From Eledone cirrhosa (Eukaryota), in contig OZ024760.1 of NCBI GenBank assembly GCA_964016885.1, forward strand, positions 3,472,001-3,536,000: a DNA stretch of 64,000 bases, given 5' to 3'. A program made the position numbers and the translations under genes. The stretch's first letter is position 1. Every line of letters begins with the position of its first letter. The notes under the pieces are model-generated. The model was not told the DNA's origin and ran no database searches. It saw nothing but the letters and a program-made list of their open reading frames with translations. Positions 40,701-58,700 of the stretch are shown here, in pieces.

Positions 40701-43700
40701 CCACAGACACTACCATCAGCTCCACCACAGACACTACCATCATCTCCACCACAGACACTACCATCAGCTCCACCACAGACACTACCATCAGCTCCACCAC
40801 AGACACTACCATCAGCTCCACCACAGACACTACCATCAGCTCCACCACAGACACTACCATCAGCTCCACCACAGACACTACCATCAGCACCACCACAGAC
40901 ACTACCATCAGCACCACCACAGACACAACCATCAGCTCCACCACGGACACTACCATCAGCTCCACCACAGACACTACCATCAGCTCCACCACAGACACTA
41001 CCATCAGCACCACCACAGACACTACCATCAGCACCACCACAGACACTACCATCATCTCCACCACAGACACTACCATCAGCTCCACCACAGACACTACCAC
41101 CAGCACCACCACAGACACTACCATCAGCACCACCACAGACACTACCATCATCTCCACCACAGACACAACCATCAGCACCACCACATACACTACCATCAGC
41201 ACCACCACAGACACTACCATCAGCTCCACCACAGACACTACCACCAGCACCACCACAGACACTACCATCATCTCCACCACAGACACTACCACCAGCACCA
41301 CCACAGACACTACCATCATCTCCACCACAGACACTACCATCAGCACCACCACAGACACTACCATCAGCACCACCACAGACACTACCATCAGCACCACCAC
41401 AGACACTACCATCATCTCCACCACAGACACTACCATCAGCTCCACCACAGACACTACCACCAGCACCACCACAGACACTACCATCAGCTCCACCACAGAC
41501 ACTACCATCAGCTCCACCACAGACACTACCACCAGCACCACCACAGACACTACCATCATCTCCACCACAGACACTACCATCAGCACCACCACAGACACTA
41601 CCATCAGCACCACCACAGACACTACCATCAGCACCACCACAGACACTACCATCAGCACCACCACAGACACTACCATCATCTCCACCACAGACACTACCAT
41701 CAGCTCCACCACAGACGCTACCACCAGCACCACCACAGACACTACCATCAGCACCACCACGGACACTACCACCAGCACCACCACAGACACTACCATCATC
41801 TCCACCACAGACACTACCATCAGCTCCACCACAGACGCTACCACCAGCTCCACCACAGACACTACCATCAGCACCACCACGGACACTACCACCAGCACAA
41901 CCACAGACACTACCATCAGCTCCACCATCTCCACTACCATCAGCACCACCACAGACACTACCATCAGCACCACCACGGACACTACCATCAGCACCACCAT
42001 CTCCACTACCATCAGCACCACCACAGACACTACCATCAGCTCCACCACAGACACTACCATCAGCTCCACCACAGACACTACCACCAGCACCACCACAGAC
42101 ACTACCATCATCTCCACCACAGACACTACCATCAGCACCACCACAGAGACTACCATCAGCACCACCACAGACACTACCATCAACTCCACCATAGACACAA
42201 CCATCAGCGCCACCACAGACACTACCACCATCTCCACCACAGACACTACCATCAGCTCCACTACAGACACTACTATCAGCACCACCACAGACACTACCAT
42301 CAGCTCCACCACAGACACTACCACCATCTCCACCACAGACACTACCATCAGCTCCACTACAGACACTACTATCAGCACCACCACAGACACTACCACCATC
42401 TCCACCACGGACACTACCATCAGCTCCACCACAGACACTACCATCAGCTCCACCACAGACACTACCATCAGCTCCACCACAGACACTACCACCATCTCCA
42501 CCACAGACACTACCACCATCTCCACCACGGACACTACCATCAGCTCCACCACAGACACTACCATCAGCACCACCACAGACACTACCATCAACTCCACCAT
42601 AGACACAACCATCAGCCCCACCACAGACACTACCATCAGCACCACCACAGACACTACCATCATCTCCACCACAGACACTACCATCAGCTCCACCACAGAC
42701 ACTACCATCAGCTCCATCACAGACACTACCACCATCTCCACCACGGACACTACCATCAGCTCCACCACAGACACTACCATCAGCTCCACCACAGACACTA
42801 CCACCATCTCCACCACAGACACTACTATCAGCACCACCACAGACACTACCATCAGCTCCACCACGGACACTACCATCAGCTCCACCACGGACACTACCAT
42901 CAGCCCACCACAGACACTACTATCAGCTCCACCACAGACACTACCATCAGCACCACCACAGACACTACCATCAGCTCCACCACAGACACTACCATCAACA
43001 CCACCATAGACACAACCATCAGCCCCACCACAGACACTACCACCATCTCCATCACAGACACTACCATCAGCTCCACCACAGACACTACCATCAGCACCAC
43101 CACGGACACTACCATCAGCTCCACCACAGACACTACCATCAGCTCCACCACGGACATTACCATCAGCTCCACCACGGACACTACCATCAGCCCACCACAG
43201 ACACTACCATCAGCACCACCACAGGCACTACCATCAGCTCCACCACGGACACTACCATCAGCCCACCACAGACACTACCATCAGCTTCACCACAGACACT
43301 ACCATCAGCTCCACCACAGACACTACCATCAGCTCCACCACGGACACTACCATCAGCACCACCACAGACACTACCATCAGCTCCACTACAGACACTACCA
43401 TCAGCTCCACCACGGACACTACCATCAGCCCACCACAGACACTACTATCAGCACCACCACAGACACTACCATCAGCTCCACTACAGACACTACCATCAGC
43501 CCACCACAGACACTACTATCAGCACCACCACAGACACTACCATCAGCTCCACCACGGACACTACCATCAGCTCCACCACAGACACTACTATCAGCACCAC
43601 CACAGACACTACCATCAGCTCCACTACAGACACTACCATCAGCCCACCACAGACACTACTATCAGCACCACCACAGACACTACTATCAGCACCACCACAG

Positions 43701-46700
43701 ACACTACTATCAGCACCACCACAGACACTACCATCAGCTCCACTACAGACACTACCATCAGCCCACCACAGACACTACTATCAGCACCACCACAGATACT
43801 ACCATCAGCTCCACTACAGACACTACCATCAGCCCACCACAGACACTACCATCAGCACCACCACAGATACTACCATCAGCTCCACCATCTCCACTACCAT
43901 CCGCACCACCACAGACACTACCATCAGCCCACCACAGACACTACCATCAGCCCACCACAGACACTACCATCAGCGCCACCACGGACACTACCATCAGCTC
44001 CACCAGAGACACTACCATCAGCAACACCACAGACACTACCATCAGCTCCACCACAGACACTACCATCAGCAACACCAGAGACACTACCATCAGCACCACC
44101 ACAGATACTACCATCAGCTCCACCATCTCCACTACCATCCGCACCACCACAGACACTACCATCAGCCCACCACAGACACTACCATCAGCTCCACCACAGA
44201 CACTACCATCAGCAACACCACAGACACTACCATCAGCACCACCACAGACACTACTATCAGCACCACCACAGACACTACCATCAGCACCACCACAGACACT
44301 ACTATCAGCACCACCACAGACACTACCATCAGCTCCACCACAGACACTACCATCAGCACCACCACAGACACTACCATCAGCTCCACCACAGACACTACCA
44401 TCAGCTCCACCACAGACACTACCATCAGCTCCACCACAGACAATACCATCACCACCACCACACACACTACCATCACCACCACCACACACACTACCATCAG
44501 CACCACCACAGACACTACCATCAGCACCCCCACAGACACTACCATCAGCACCACCACAGACACTACCATCAGCACCACCACAGACACTACCATCAGCTCC
44601 ACCACAGACACTACCATCAGCACCACCACAGACACTACCATCAGCTCCACCACAGACACTACCATCAGCTCCACCACAGACACTACCATCAGCTCCACCA
44701 CAGACACTACCATCAGCACCACCACAGACACTACCATCAGCACCACCACAGACACTACCATCAGCACCACCACAGACACTACCATCAGCTCCACCACAGA
44801 CACAACCATCAGCACCACCACAGACACTACCATCAGCACCACCTCAGACACTACCATCAGCACCACCACAGACACTACCATCAGCTCCACCACAGACACT
44901 ACCATCAGCACCACCACAGACACTACCATCACCACCACCACACACACTACCATCAGCACAACCACAGACACTACCATCAGCTCCACCACAGACACTACCA
45001 TCAGCTCCACCACAGACACTACCATCAGCTCCACCACAGACACTACCATCAGCACCACCACAGACACTACCATTAGCACCACCACAGACACTACCATCAG
45101 CACCACCACAGACACTACCATCACCTCCACCACAGACACTACCATCAGCTCCACCACAGACACTACCATCAGCTCCACCACAGACACTACCATCACCTCC
45201 ACCACAGACACTACCATCAGCTCCACCACAGACACTACCATTAGCACCACCACAGACACTACCATCAGCTCCACCACAGACACTACCATCACCTCCACCA
45301 CAGACACTACCATCAGCTCCACCACAGACACTACCATCAGCTCCACCACAGACACTACCATCACCTCCACCACAGACACTACCATCAGCTCCACCACAGA
45401 CACTACCATTAGCACCACCACAGACACTACCATCAGCTCCACCACAGACACTACCATCACCTCCACCACAGACACTACCATCAGCTCCACCACAGACACT
45501 ACCATCAGCACCACCACAGACACTACCATCAGCTCCACCACAGACACTACCATCACCTCCACCACAGACACTACCATCAGCTCAACCACAGACACTACCA
45601 TCAGCTCCACCACAGACACTACCATCACCACCACCACACACACTACCATCAGCACAACCACAGACACTACCATCAGCTCCACCACAGACACTACCATCAG
45701 CTCCACCACAGACACTACCATCAGCTCCACCACAGACACTACCATCAGCACCACCACAGACACTACCATCAGCACCACCACAGACACTACCATCAGCACC
45801 ACCACAGACACTACCATCAGCTCCACCACAGACACTACCATCACCTCCACCACAGACACTACCATCAGCTCCACCACAGACACTACCATCAGCTCAACCA
45901 CAGACACTACCATCAGCTCCACCACAGACACTACCATCAGCTCCACCACGGACAATACCATCAGCTCCACCACGGACAATACCATCAGCTCCACCACAGA
46001 CACTACCATCAGCACCACCACAGACACTACCATCAGCACCACCACAGACACTACCATCAGCACCACCACAGACACTACCATCAGCACCACCACAGACACT
46101 ACCATCAGCTCCACCACAGATACTACCACCAGCACCACCACAGACACCACCATCAGCAGCACCACAGACACTACCATCAGCACCACCACAGACACTACCA
46201 TCAGCTCCACCACAGACACTACCATCAGCACCACCACGGACACTACCATCAGCTCCACTACCATCAGCACCACCACAGACACTACCATCAGCACCACCAC
46301 AGACACTACCGTCAGCTCCACCACAGACACTACCATCATCTCCACCACAGACACTACCATCAGCACCACCACAGACACTACCATCAGCTTCACCACAGAC
46401 ACTACCATCACCTCCACCACAGACACTACCATCATCTCCACCACAGACACTACCATCATCTCCACCAGAGACACTACCATTAGCTCCACCACAGACACAA
46501 CCATCAGCACCACCACAGACACTACCATCAGCACCACCACGGACACTACCATCAGCTCCACCACAGACACTACCATCAGCACCACCACAGACACTACCAT
46601 CAGCTCCACCACAGACACTACCATCAGCACCACCACAGAGACTACCATCAGCACCACCACAGACACTACCATCAGCTCCACCACAGACACTACAATCAGC

Positions 46701-49700
46701 TCCACCACAGACACTACCATCAGCACCACCACAGACACTACCATCTGCACCACCGCAGACACTACCATCAGCAAAACCACAGACACTACCATCAGCACCA
46801 CCACAGACACTACCATCAGCTCCACCACGAACGCTACCATCAGCTCCACCACAGACACTACCATCAGCACCACCACAGACACAACCATCAGCACCACCAC
46901 AGACACTACCACCATCTCCACCACAGACACTACCATCAGCACCACCACAGACACAACCATCAGCTCCACCACGAACGCTACCATCAGCTCCACCACAGAC
47001 ACTACCATCAGCACCACCACAGACACTACCACCATCTCCATCACAGACACAACCATCAGCTCCACCACAGACACTACCATCAGCACCACCACAGAGACTA
47101 CCATCAGCACCACTACAGACACTACCACCATCTCCATCACAGACACAACCATCAGCTCCACCACAGACACAACCATCAGCACCACCACAGACACTACCAT
47201 CAGCACCACCACAGAGACTACCATCAGCACCACTACAGACACTACCACCATCTCCATCACAGACACTACCATCAGCACCACCACAGACACTACCATCAGC
47301 ACAACCACAGACACTACCATCAGCACCACCACAGACACTACCACCATCTCCACCACAGACACTACCATCAGCACCACCACAGACACAACCATCAGCTCCA
47401 CCACGAACGCTACCATCAGCTCCACCACAGACACTACCATCAGCACCACCACAGACACTACCACCATCTCCATCACAGACACAACCATCAGCTCCACCAC
47501 AGACACTACCATCAGCTCCACCACAGACACTACCATCAGCACCACTACAGACACTACCACCATCTCCATCACAGACACAACCATCAGCTCCACCACAGAC
47601 ACTACCATCAGCACCACCACAGAGACTACCATCAGCACCACCACAGACACTACCATCAGCACCACCACAGATACTACCATCAGCTCCACCATCTCCACTA
47701 CCATCCGAACCACCACAGACACTACCATCAGCCCACCACAGACACTACCATCAGCCCACCACAGACACTACCATCAGCGCCACCACGGACACTACCATCA
47801 GCTCCACCAGAGACACTACCATCAGCAACACCATAGACACTACCATCAGCACCACCACAGACACTACCATCAGCTCCACCACAGACACTACCATCAGCTC
47901 CACCACAGACACTACCATCAGCTCCACCACAGACACTACCATCACCACCACCACACACACTACCATCAGCACCACCACAGACACTACCATCAGCACCACC
48001 ACAGACACTACCATCAGCTCCACCACAGACACTAACATCAGCTCCACCACAGACACTACCATCAGCACCACCACAGACACTACCATCAGCACCACCACAG
48101 ACACTACCATCAGCTCCACCACAGACACTACTATCAGCACCACCACAGACACTACCATCAGCTCCACCACAGACACTACCATCAGCTCCACCATCTCCAC
48201 TACCATCAGCACCACCACAGACACTACCATCAGCACCACCACAGACACTACCGTCAGCCCCACTACAGACACTACCATCAGCTCCACCACATACACTACC
48301 ATCAGCACCACCACAGACACTACCATCATCTCCACCACAGACACTACCATCATCTCCACCACAGACACTACCATCAGCTCCACCACAGACACTACCATCA
48401 GCACCACCACAGACACTACCATCAGCTTCACCACAGACACTACCATCACCTCCACCACAGACACTACCATCATCTCCACCACAGACACTACCATCATCTC
48501 CACCAGAGACACTACCATTAGCTCCACCACAGACACAACCATCATCTCCACCACAGACACTACCATCAGCTCCACCACAGACACTACCATCAGCACCACC
48601 ACGGACACTACCATCAGCTCCACCACAGACACTACCATCAGCACCACCACAGACACTACCATCAGCTCCACCACAGACACTACCATCAGCACCACCACAG
48701 AGACTACCATCAGCACCACCACAGACGCTACCATCAGCTCCACCACAGACACTACAATCAGCTCCACCACAGACACTACCATCAGCACCACCACAGACAC
48801 TACCATCTGCACCACCGCAGACACTACCATCAGCTCCACCACAGACACTACCATCAGCACCACCACAGACACTACCATCAGCACCACCACAGACACTACA
48901 ATCAGCACCACCACAGACACAACCATCAGCTCCACCACAGACACTACCATCTGCACCACCGCAGACACTACCATCAGCACAACCACAGACACTACCATCA
49001 GCACCACCACAGACACTACCATCAGCTCCACCACGAACGCTACCATCAGCTCCACCACAGACACTACCATCAGCACCACCACAGACACAACCATCAGCAC
49101 CACCACAGACACTACCACCATCTCCACCACAGACACTACCATCAGCACCACCACAGACACAACCATCAGCTCCACCACGAACGCTACCATCAGCTCCACC
49201 ACAGACACTACCATCAGCACAACCACAGACACTACAATCAGCACCACCACAGACACTACCACCATCTCCACCACAGACACTACCATCAGCACCACCACAG
49301 ACACAACCATCAGCTCCACCACGAACGCTACCATCAGCTCCACCACAGACACTACCATCAGCACCACCACAGATACTACCATCAGCTCCACCATCTCCAC
49401 TACCATCCGAACCACCACAGACACCACCATCAGCACCACCACAGACACTACCATCAGCACCACCACAGACACTACCACCATCTCCATCACAGACACAACC
49501 ATCAGCTCCACCACAGACACTACTATCAGCACCACCACAGAGACTACCATCAGCACCACTACAGACACTACCACCATCTCCATCACAGACACAACCATCA
49601 GCTCCACCACAGACACTACCATCAGCACCACCACAGACACTACCATCAGCACCACTACAGACACTACCACCATCTCCATCACAGACACAACCATCAGCTC

Positions 49701-52700
49701 CACCACAGACACTACCATCAGCACCACCACAGAGACTACCATCAGCACCACCACAGACACTACCATCAGCACCACCACAGATACTACCATCAGCTCCACC
49801 ATCTCCACTACCATCCGAACCACCACAGACACTACCATCAGCCCACCACAGACACTACCATCAGCCCACCACAGACACTACCATCAGCGCCACCACGGAC
49901 ACTACCATCAGCTCCACCAGAGACACTACCATCAGCGCCACCACGGACACTACCATCAGCCCCACCATAGACACTACCATCAGCACCACCACAGACACTA
50001 CCATCAGCACCACCACAGACACTACCATCAGCACCACCACAGACACTACCATCATCTCCACCACAGACACTACCATCAGCACAACCACAGACACTACCAT
50101 CAGCTCCACCACAGACACTACCATCAGCTCCACCACAGACACTACCATCACCACCACCACATACACTACCATCAGCACCACCACAGACACTACCATCAGC
50201 ACCACCACAGACACTACCATCAGCTCCACCACAGACACTACCATCAGCACAACCACAGACACTACCATCAGCTCCACCACAGACACTACCATCAGCTCCA
50301 CCACAGACACTACCATCAGCTCCACCACAGACACTACCATCAGCACCACCACAGACACTACCATCAGCACCACCACAGACACTACCATCAGCACCACCAC
50401 AGACACTACCATCAGCTCCACCACAGACACTACCATCAGCTCCACCACAGACACTACCATCAGCACCACCACAGACACTACCATCAGCACCACTACAGAC
50501 ACTACCATCAGCACCACCACAGACACTACCATCAGCTCCACCACAGACACTACCATCAGTACCACCACAGACACTACAATCAGCACCACCACAGACACTA
50601 CCATCAGCTCCACCACAGACACTACCATCAGCTCCACCACAGAGACTACCATCAGCTCTACCACAGACACTACCATCAGCACCACCGCAGACACTACCAT
50701 CAGCACCACCGCAGACACTACCATCAGCTCCACCACAGACACTACCATCAGCTCCACCACAGACACTACAATCAGCACCACCACAGACACTACCATCAGC
50801 ACCACCACAGACACTACCATCAGCACCACCGCAGACACTACCATCAGCTCCACCACAGACACTACCATCAGCTCCACCACAGACACTACCATCAGCACCA
50901 CCACAGACACTACCATCAGCACCACCGCAGACACTACCATCAGCTCCACCACAGACACTACCATCAGCTCCACCACAGACACTACCATCAGCTCCACCAC
51001 AGACACTACCATCAGCTCCACCGCAGACACTACCATCAGCACCACCACAGACACTACCACCAGCTCCACCACAGACACTACCATCAGCACCACCACAGAC
51101 ACTACCATCAGCTCCACCACAGACACTACCACCAGCACCACCACAGACACTACCATCAGCTCCACCACAGACACTACAATCAGCACCACCACAGACACTA
51201 CCATCAGCTCCACCACAGACACTACCATCAGCTCCACCACAGACACTACCACCAGCACCACCACAGACACTACCACCATCTCCACCGCAGACACTACCAT
51301 CAGCTCCACCGCAGACACTACCATCAGCACCACCACAGACACTACCATCAGCTCCACCACAGACACTACAATCAGCACCACCACAGACACTACCATCAGC
51401 TCCACCACAGACACTACCATCAGCTCCACCACAGACACTACCACCAGCACCACCACAGACACTACCACCATCTCCACCGCAGACACTACCATCAGCTCCA
51501 CCACAGACACTACAATCAGCACCACCACAGACACTACCACCATCTCCACCACAGACACTACCATCAGCACCACCACAGACACTACCACCATCTCCACCAC
51601 AGACACTACCATCAGCACCACCACAGACACTACCATCAGCTCCACCACAGACACTACCATCAGCTCCACCACATACACTACCATCAGCTCCACCACAGAC
51701 ACTACCATCAGCTCCACCACAGACACTACCATCAGCTCCACCACAGACACTACCATCAGCTCCACCACAGACACTACCATCAGCACCACCACAGACACTA
51801 CCATCAGCTCCACCACAGACACTACCATCAGCTCCACCACATACACTACCATCAGCTCCACCACAGACACTACCATCAGCTCCACCACAGACACTACCAT
51901 CAGCTCCACCACAGACACTACCATCAGCTCCACCACAGACACTACCATCAGCTCCACCACAGACACTACCATCAGCTCCACCACAGACACTACCATCAGC
52001 TCCACCACAGACACTACCATCAGCACCACTACAGACACTACCATCAGCACCACCACAGACACTACCATCAGCTCCACCACAGACACTACCATCAGCACCA
52101 CCACAGACACTACAATCAGCACCACCACAGACACTACCATCAGCTCCACCACAGACACTACCATCAGCTCCACCACAGAGACTACCATCAGCACCACCAC
52201 AGACACTACCACCATCTCCACCACAGACACTACCATCAGCACCACCACAGACACTACCATCAGCTCCACCACAGACACTACCATCAGCTCCACCACATAC
52301 ACTACCACCAGCACCACCACAGACACTACCATCAGCACCACCACAGACACTACCACCATCTCCACCGCAGACACTACCATCAGCTCCACCACAGACACTA
52401 CAATCAGCACCACCACAGACACTGCCATCAGCTCCACCACAGACACTACCATCAGCACCACCACAGACGCTACCATCAGCACCACCACAGACACTACCAT
52501 CACCACCACCACAGACACTACCATCAGCTCCACCACAGACACTACCATCAGCTCCACCACAGACACTACCACCAGCACCACCACAGACACTACCATCAGC
52601 TCCACCACAGACACTACAATCAGCACCACCACAGACACTGCCATCAGCTCCACCACAGACACTACCATCAGCACCACCACAGACGCTACCATCAGCACCA

Positions 52701-55700
52701 CCACAGACACTACCATCACCACCACCACAGACACTACCATCACCACCACCACAGACACTACCATCAGCACCACCACAGACGCTACCATCAGCACCACCAC
52801 AGACACTACCATCAGCACCACCACAGACACTACCATCACCACCACCATAGACACAACCATCAGCTCCACCACAGACACTACAATCAGCTCCACCACAGAC
52901 ACTACCATCAGCTCCAACACGGACACAACCATCACCACCACCACACACACAACCATCAGCACCACCACAGACACTACCATCAGCACCACCACAGACACTA
53001 CCATCAGCACCACCACAGACACTACCATCAGCACCACCACAGACACTACCATCAGCACCACCACAGACACTACCATCACCACCACCACAGACACTACCAT
53101 CTGCACAACCACAGACACTACCATCAGCTCCACCACAGACACTATCAGCAGCACCAATACGGACACTACCATCAGCTCCACCACAGACACTACCATCAGC
53201 ACCACCACAGACACTACCATCACCACCACCACACACACTACCATCTGCACAACCACAGACACTACCATCACCACCACCACACACACAACCATCAGCACCA
53301 CCACAGACACTACCATCAGCACCACCACAGACACTACCATCAGCACCACCACAGACACTACCATCAGCTCCACCACAGACACTACCATCAACTCCACCAC
53401 AGACACTACCATCAGCACCACCACAGACACTACCATCAGCTCCACCACAGACACTACCATCAGCACCACCACAGACACAACCATCAGCTCCACCACAGAC
53501 ACTACCATCAGCACCACCACAGACACTACCATCAGCTCCACCACAGACACTACCATCAGCACCACCACAGACACAACCATCAGCTCCACCACAGACACTA
53601 CCATCAGCTCCACCACAGACACTACCATCAGCACCACCACAGACACTACCATCAGCACCACCACAGACACTACCATCAGCTCCACCACAGACACTACCAT
53701 CAGCACCACCACAGACACTACATTCAGCACCACCACAGACACTACCATCAGCTCCACCACAGACACTACATTCAGCTCCACCACGGACACTACCATCAGC
53801 TCCACCACAGACACTACCATCAGCACCACCACAGACACTACATTCAGCACCACCACAGACACTACCATCAGCTCCACCACAGACACTACATTCAGCTCCA
53901 CCACGGACACAACCATCAGCTCCACCACAGACACTACCATCAGCACCACCACAGACACTACCATCAGCACCACCACAGACACTACCATCAGCTCCACCAC
54001 AGACACTACAATCAGCACCACCACAGACACTACCATCAGCTCCACCACAGACACTACCATCAGCTCCACCACAGACACTACCATCAGCACCACCACAGAC
54101 ACTACCATCAGCTCCACCACAGACACTACCATCAGCTCCACCACAGACACTACCATCAGCTCCACTACAGACACTACATTCAGCACCACCACAGACACTA
54201 CCATCAGCTCCACTACAGACACTACCATCAGCTCCACCACAGACACTACCATCAGCACCACCACGGACAATACCATCAGCTCCACCACGGACAATACCAT
54301 CAGCTCCACCACAGACACTACCATCAGCACCACCATCTCCACTACCATCAGCACCACCACAGACACTACAATCAGCACCACCATAGACACAACCATCAGC
54401 TCCACCACAGACACTACCATCAGCACCACCACGGACACTACCACCATCTCCACCACAGACACTACCATCAGCACCACCACGGACACTACCAGCAGCTCCA
54501 CCACGGACACTACCATCAGCTCCACCACGGACACTACCACCATCTCCACCACATACACTACAATCAGCTCCACCACAGACACTACCATCAGCTCCAACAC
54601 GGACACAACCATCACCACCACCACACACACAACCATCAGCACCACCACAGACACTACCATCAGCACCACCACAGACACTACCATCAGCACCACCACAGAC
54701 ACTACCATCAGCACCACCACAGACACTACCATCAGCACCACCACAGACACTACCATCACCACCACCACAGACACTACCATCTGCACAACCACAGACACTA
54801 CCATCAGCTCCACCACAGACACTATCAGCAGCACCAATACGGACACTACCATCAGCTCCACCACAGACACTACCATCAGCACCACCACAGACACTACCAT
54901 CAGCACCACCACAGACACTACCATCACCACCACCACACACACTACCATCTGCACAACCACAGACACTACCATCACCACCACCACACACACAACCATCAGC
55001 ACCACCACAGACACTACCATCAGCACCACCACAGACACTACCATCAGCACCACCACAGACACTACCATCAGCTCCACCACAGACACTACCATCAACTCCA
55101 CCACAGACACTACCATCAGCACCACCACAGACACTACCATCAGCTCCACCACAGACACTACCATCAGCACCACCACAGACACTACAATCAGCACCACCAC
55201 AGACACTACCATCAGCTCCACCACAGACACTACCATCAGCTCCACCACAGAGACTACCATCAGCACCACCACAGACACTACCACCATCTCCACCACAGAC
55301 ACTACCATCAGCACCACCACAGACACTACCATCAGCTCCACCACAGACACTACCATCAGCTCCACCACATACACTACCACCAGCACCACCACAGACACTA
55401 CCATCAGCACCACCACAGACACTACCACCATCTCCACCGCAGACACTACCATCAGCTCCACCACAGACACTACAATCAGCACCACCACAGACACTGCCAT
55501 CAGCTCCACCACAGACACTACCATCAGCACCACCACAGACGCTACCATCAGCACCACCACAGACACTACCATCACCACCACCACAGACACTACCATCAGC
55601 TCCACCACAGACACTACCATCAGCTCCACCACAGACACTACCACCAGCACCACCACAGACACTACCATCAGCTCCACCACAGACACTACAATCAGCACCA

Positions 55701-58700
55701 CCACAGACACTGCCATCAGCTCCACCACAGACACTACCATCAGCACCACCACAGACGCTACCATCAGCACCACCACAGACACTACCATCACCACCACCAC
55801 AGACACTACCATCACCACCACCACAGACACTACCATCAGCACCACCACAGACGCTACCATCAGCACCACCACAGACACTACCATCAGCACCACCACAGAC
55901 ACTACCATCACCACCACCATAGACACAACCATCAGCTCCACCACAGACACTACCATCAGCTCCAACACGGACACAACCATCACCACCACCACACACACAA
56001 CCATCAGCACCACCACAGACACTACCATCAGCACCACCACAGACACTACCATCAGCACCACCACAGACACTACCATCAGCACCACCACAGACACTACCAT
56101 CAGCACCACCACAGACACTACCATCACCACCACCACAGACACTACCATCTGCACAACCACAGACACTACCATCAGCTCCACCACAGACACTATCAGCAGC
56201 ACCAATACGGACACTACCATCAGCTCCACCACAGACACTACCATCAGCACCACCACAGACACTACCATCAGCACCACCACAGACACTACCATCACCACCA
56301 CCACACACACTACCATCTGCACAACCACAGACACTACCATCACCACCACCACACACACAACCATCAGCACCACCACAGACACTACCATCAGCACCACCAC
56401 AGACACTACCATCAGCACCACCACAGACACTACCATCAGCTCCACCACAGACACTACCATCAACTCCACCACAGACACTACCATCAGCACCACCACAGAC
56501 ACTACCATCAGCTCCACCACAGACACTACCATCAGCACCACCACAGACACAACCATCAGCTCCACCACAGACACTACCATCAGCACCACCACAGACACTA
56601 CCATCAGCTCCACCACAGACACTACCATCAGCACCACCACAGACACAACCATCAGCTCCACCACAGACACTACCATCAGCTCCACCACAGACACTACCAT
56701 CAGCACCACCACAGACACTACCATCAGCACCACCACAGACACTACCATCAGCTCCACCACAGACACTACCATCAGCACCACCACAGACACTACATTCAGC
56801 ACCACCACAGACACTACCATCAGCTCCACCACAGACACTACATTCAGCTCCACCACGGACACTACCATCAGCTCCACCACAGACACTACCATCAGCACCA
56901 CCACAGACACTACATTCAGCACCACCACAGACACTACCATCAGCTCCACCACAGACACTACATTCAGCTCCACCACGGACACAACCATCAGCTCCACCAC
57001 AGACACTACCATCAGCACCACCACAGACACTACCATCAGCACCACCACAGACACTACCATCAGCTCCACCACAGACACTACAATCAGCACCACCACAGAC
57101 ACTACCATCAGCTCCACCACAGACACTACCATCAGCTCCACCACAGACACTACCATCAGCACCACCACAGACACTACCATCAGCTCCACCACAGACACTA
57201 CCATCAGCTCCACCACAGACACTACCATCAGCTCCACTACAGACACTACATTCAGCACCACCACAGACACTACCATCAGCTCCACTACAGACACTACCAT
57301 CAGCTCCACCACAGACACTACCATCAGCACCACCACGGACAATACCATCAGCTCCACCACGGACAATACCATCAGCTCCACCACAGACACTACCATCAGC
57401 ACCACCATCTCCACTACCATCAGCACCACCACAGACACTACAATCAGCACCACCATAGACACAACCATCAGCTCCACCACAGACACTACCATCAGCACCA
57501 CCACGGACACTACCACCATCTCCACCACAGACACTACCATCAGCACCACCACGGACACTACCAGCAGCTCCACCACGGACACTACCATCAGCTCCACCAC
57601 GGACACTACCACCATCTCCACCACATACACTACAATCAGCTCCACCACAGACACTACCATCAGCTCCAACACGGACACAACCATCACCACCACCACACAC
57701 ACAACCATCAGCACCACCACAGACACTACCATCAGCACCACCACAGACACTACCATCAGCACCACCACAGACACTACCATCAGCACCACCACAGACACTA
57801 CCATCAGCACCACCACAGACACTACCATCACCACCACCACAGACACTACCATCTGCACAACCACAGACACTACCATCAGCTCCACCACAGACACTATCAG
57901 CAGCACCAATACGGACACTACCATCAGCTCCACCACAGACACTACCATCAGCACCACCACAGACACTACCATCAGCACCACCACAGACACTACCATCACC
58001 ACCACCACACACACTACCATCTGCACAACCACAGACACTACCATCACCACCACCACACACACAACCATCAGCACCACCACAGACACTACCATCAGCACCA
58101 CCACAGACACTACCATCAGCACCACCACAGACACTACCATCAGCTCCACCACAGACACTACCATCAACTCCACCACAGACACTACCATCAGCACCACCAC
58201 AGACACTACCATCAGCTCCACCACAGACACTACCATCAGCACCACCACAGACACTACAATCAGCACCACCACAGACACTACCATCAGCTCCACCACAGAC
58301 ACTACCATCAGCTCCACCACAGAGACTACCATCAGCACCACCACAGACACTACCACCATCTCCACCACAGACACTACCATCAGCACCACCACAGACACTA
58401 CCATCAGCTCCACCACAGACACTACCATCAGCTCCACCACATACACTACCACCAGCACCACCACAGACACTACCATCAGCACCACCACAGACACTACCAC
58501 CATCTCCACCGCAGACACTACCATCAGCTCCACCACAGACACTACAATCAGCACCACCACAGACACTGCCATCAGCTCCACCACAGACACTACCATCAGC
58601 ACCACCACAGACGCTACCATCAGCACCACCACAGACACTACCATCACCACCACCACAGACACTACCATCAGCTCCACCACAGACACTACCATCAGCTCCA

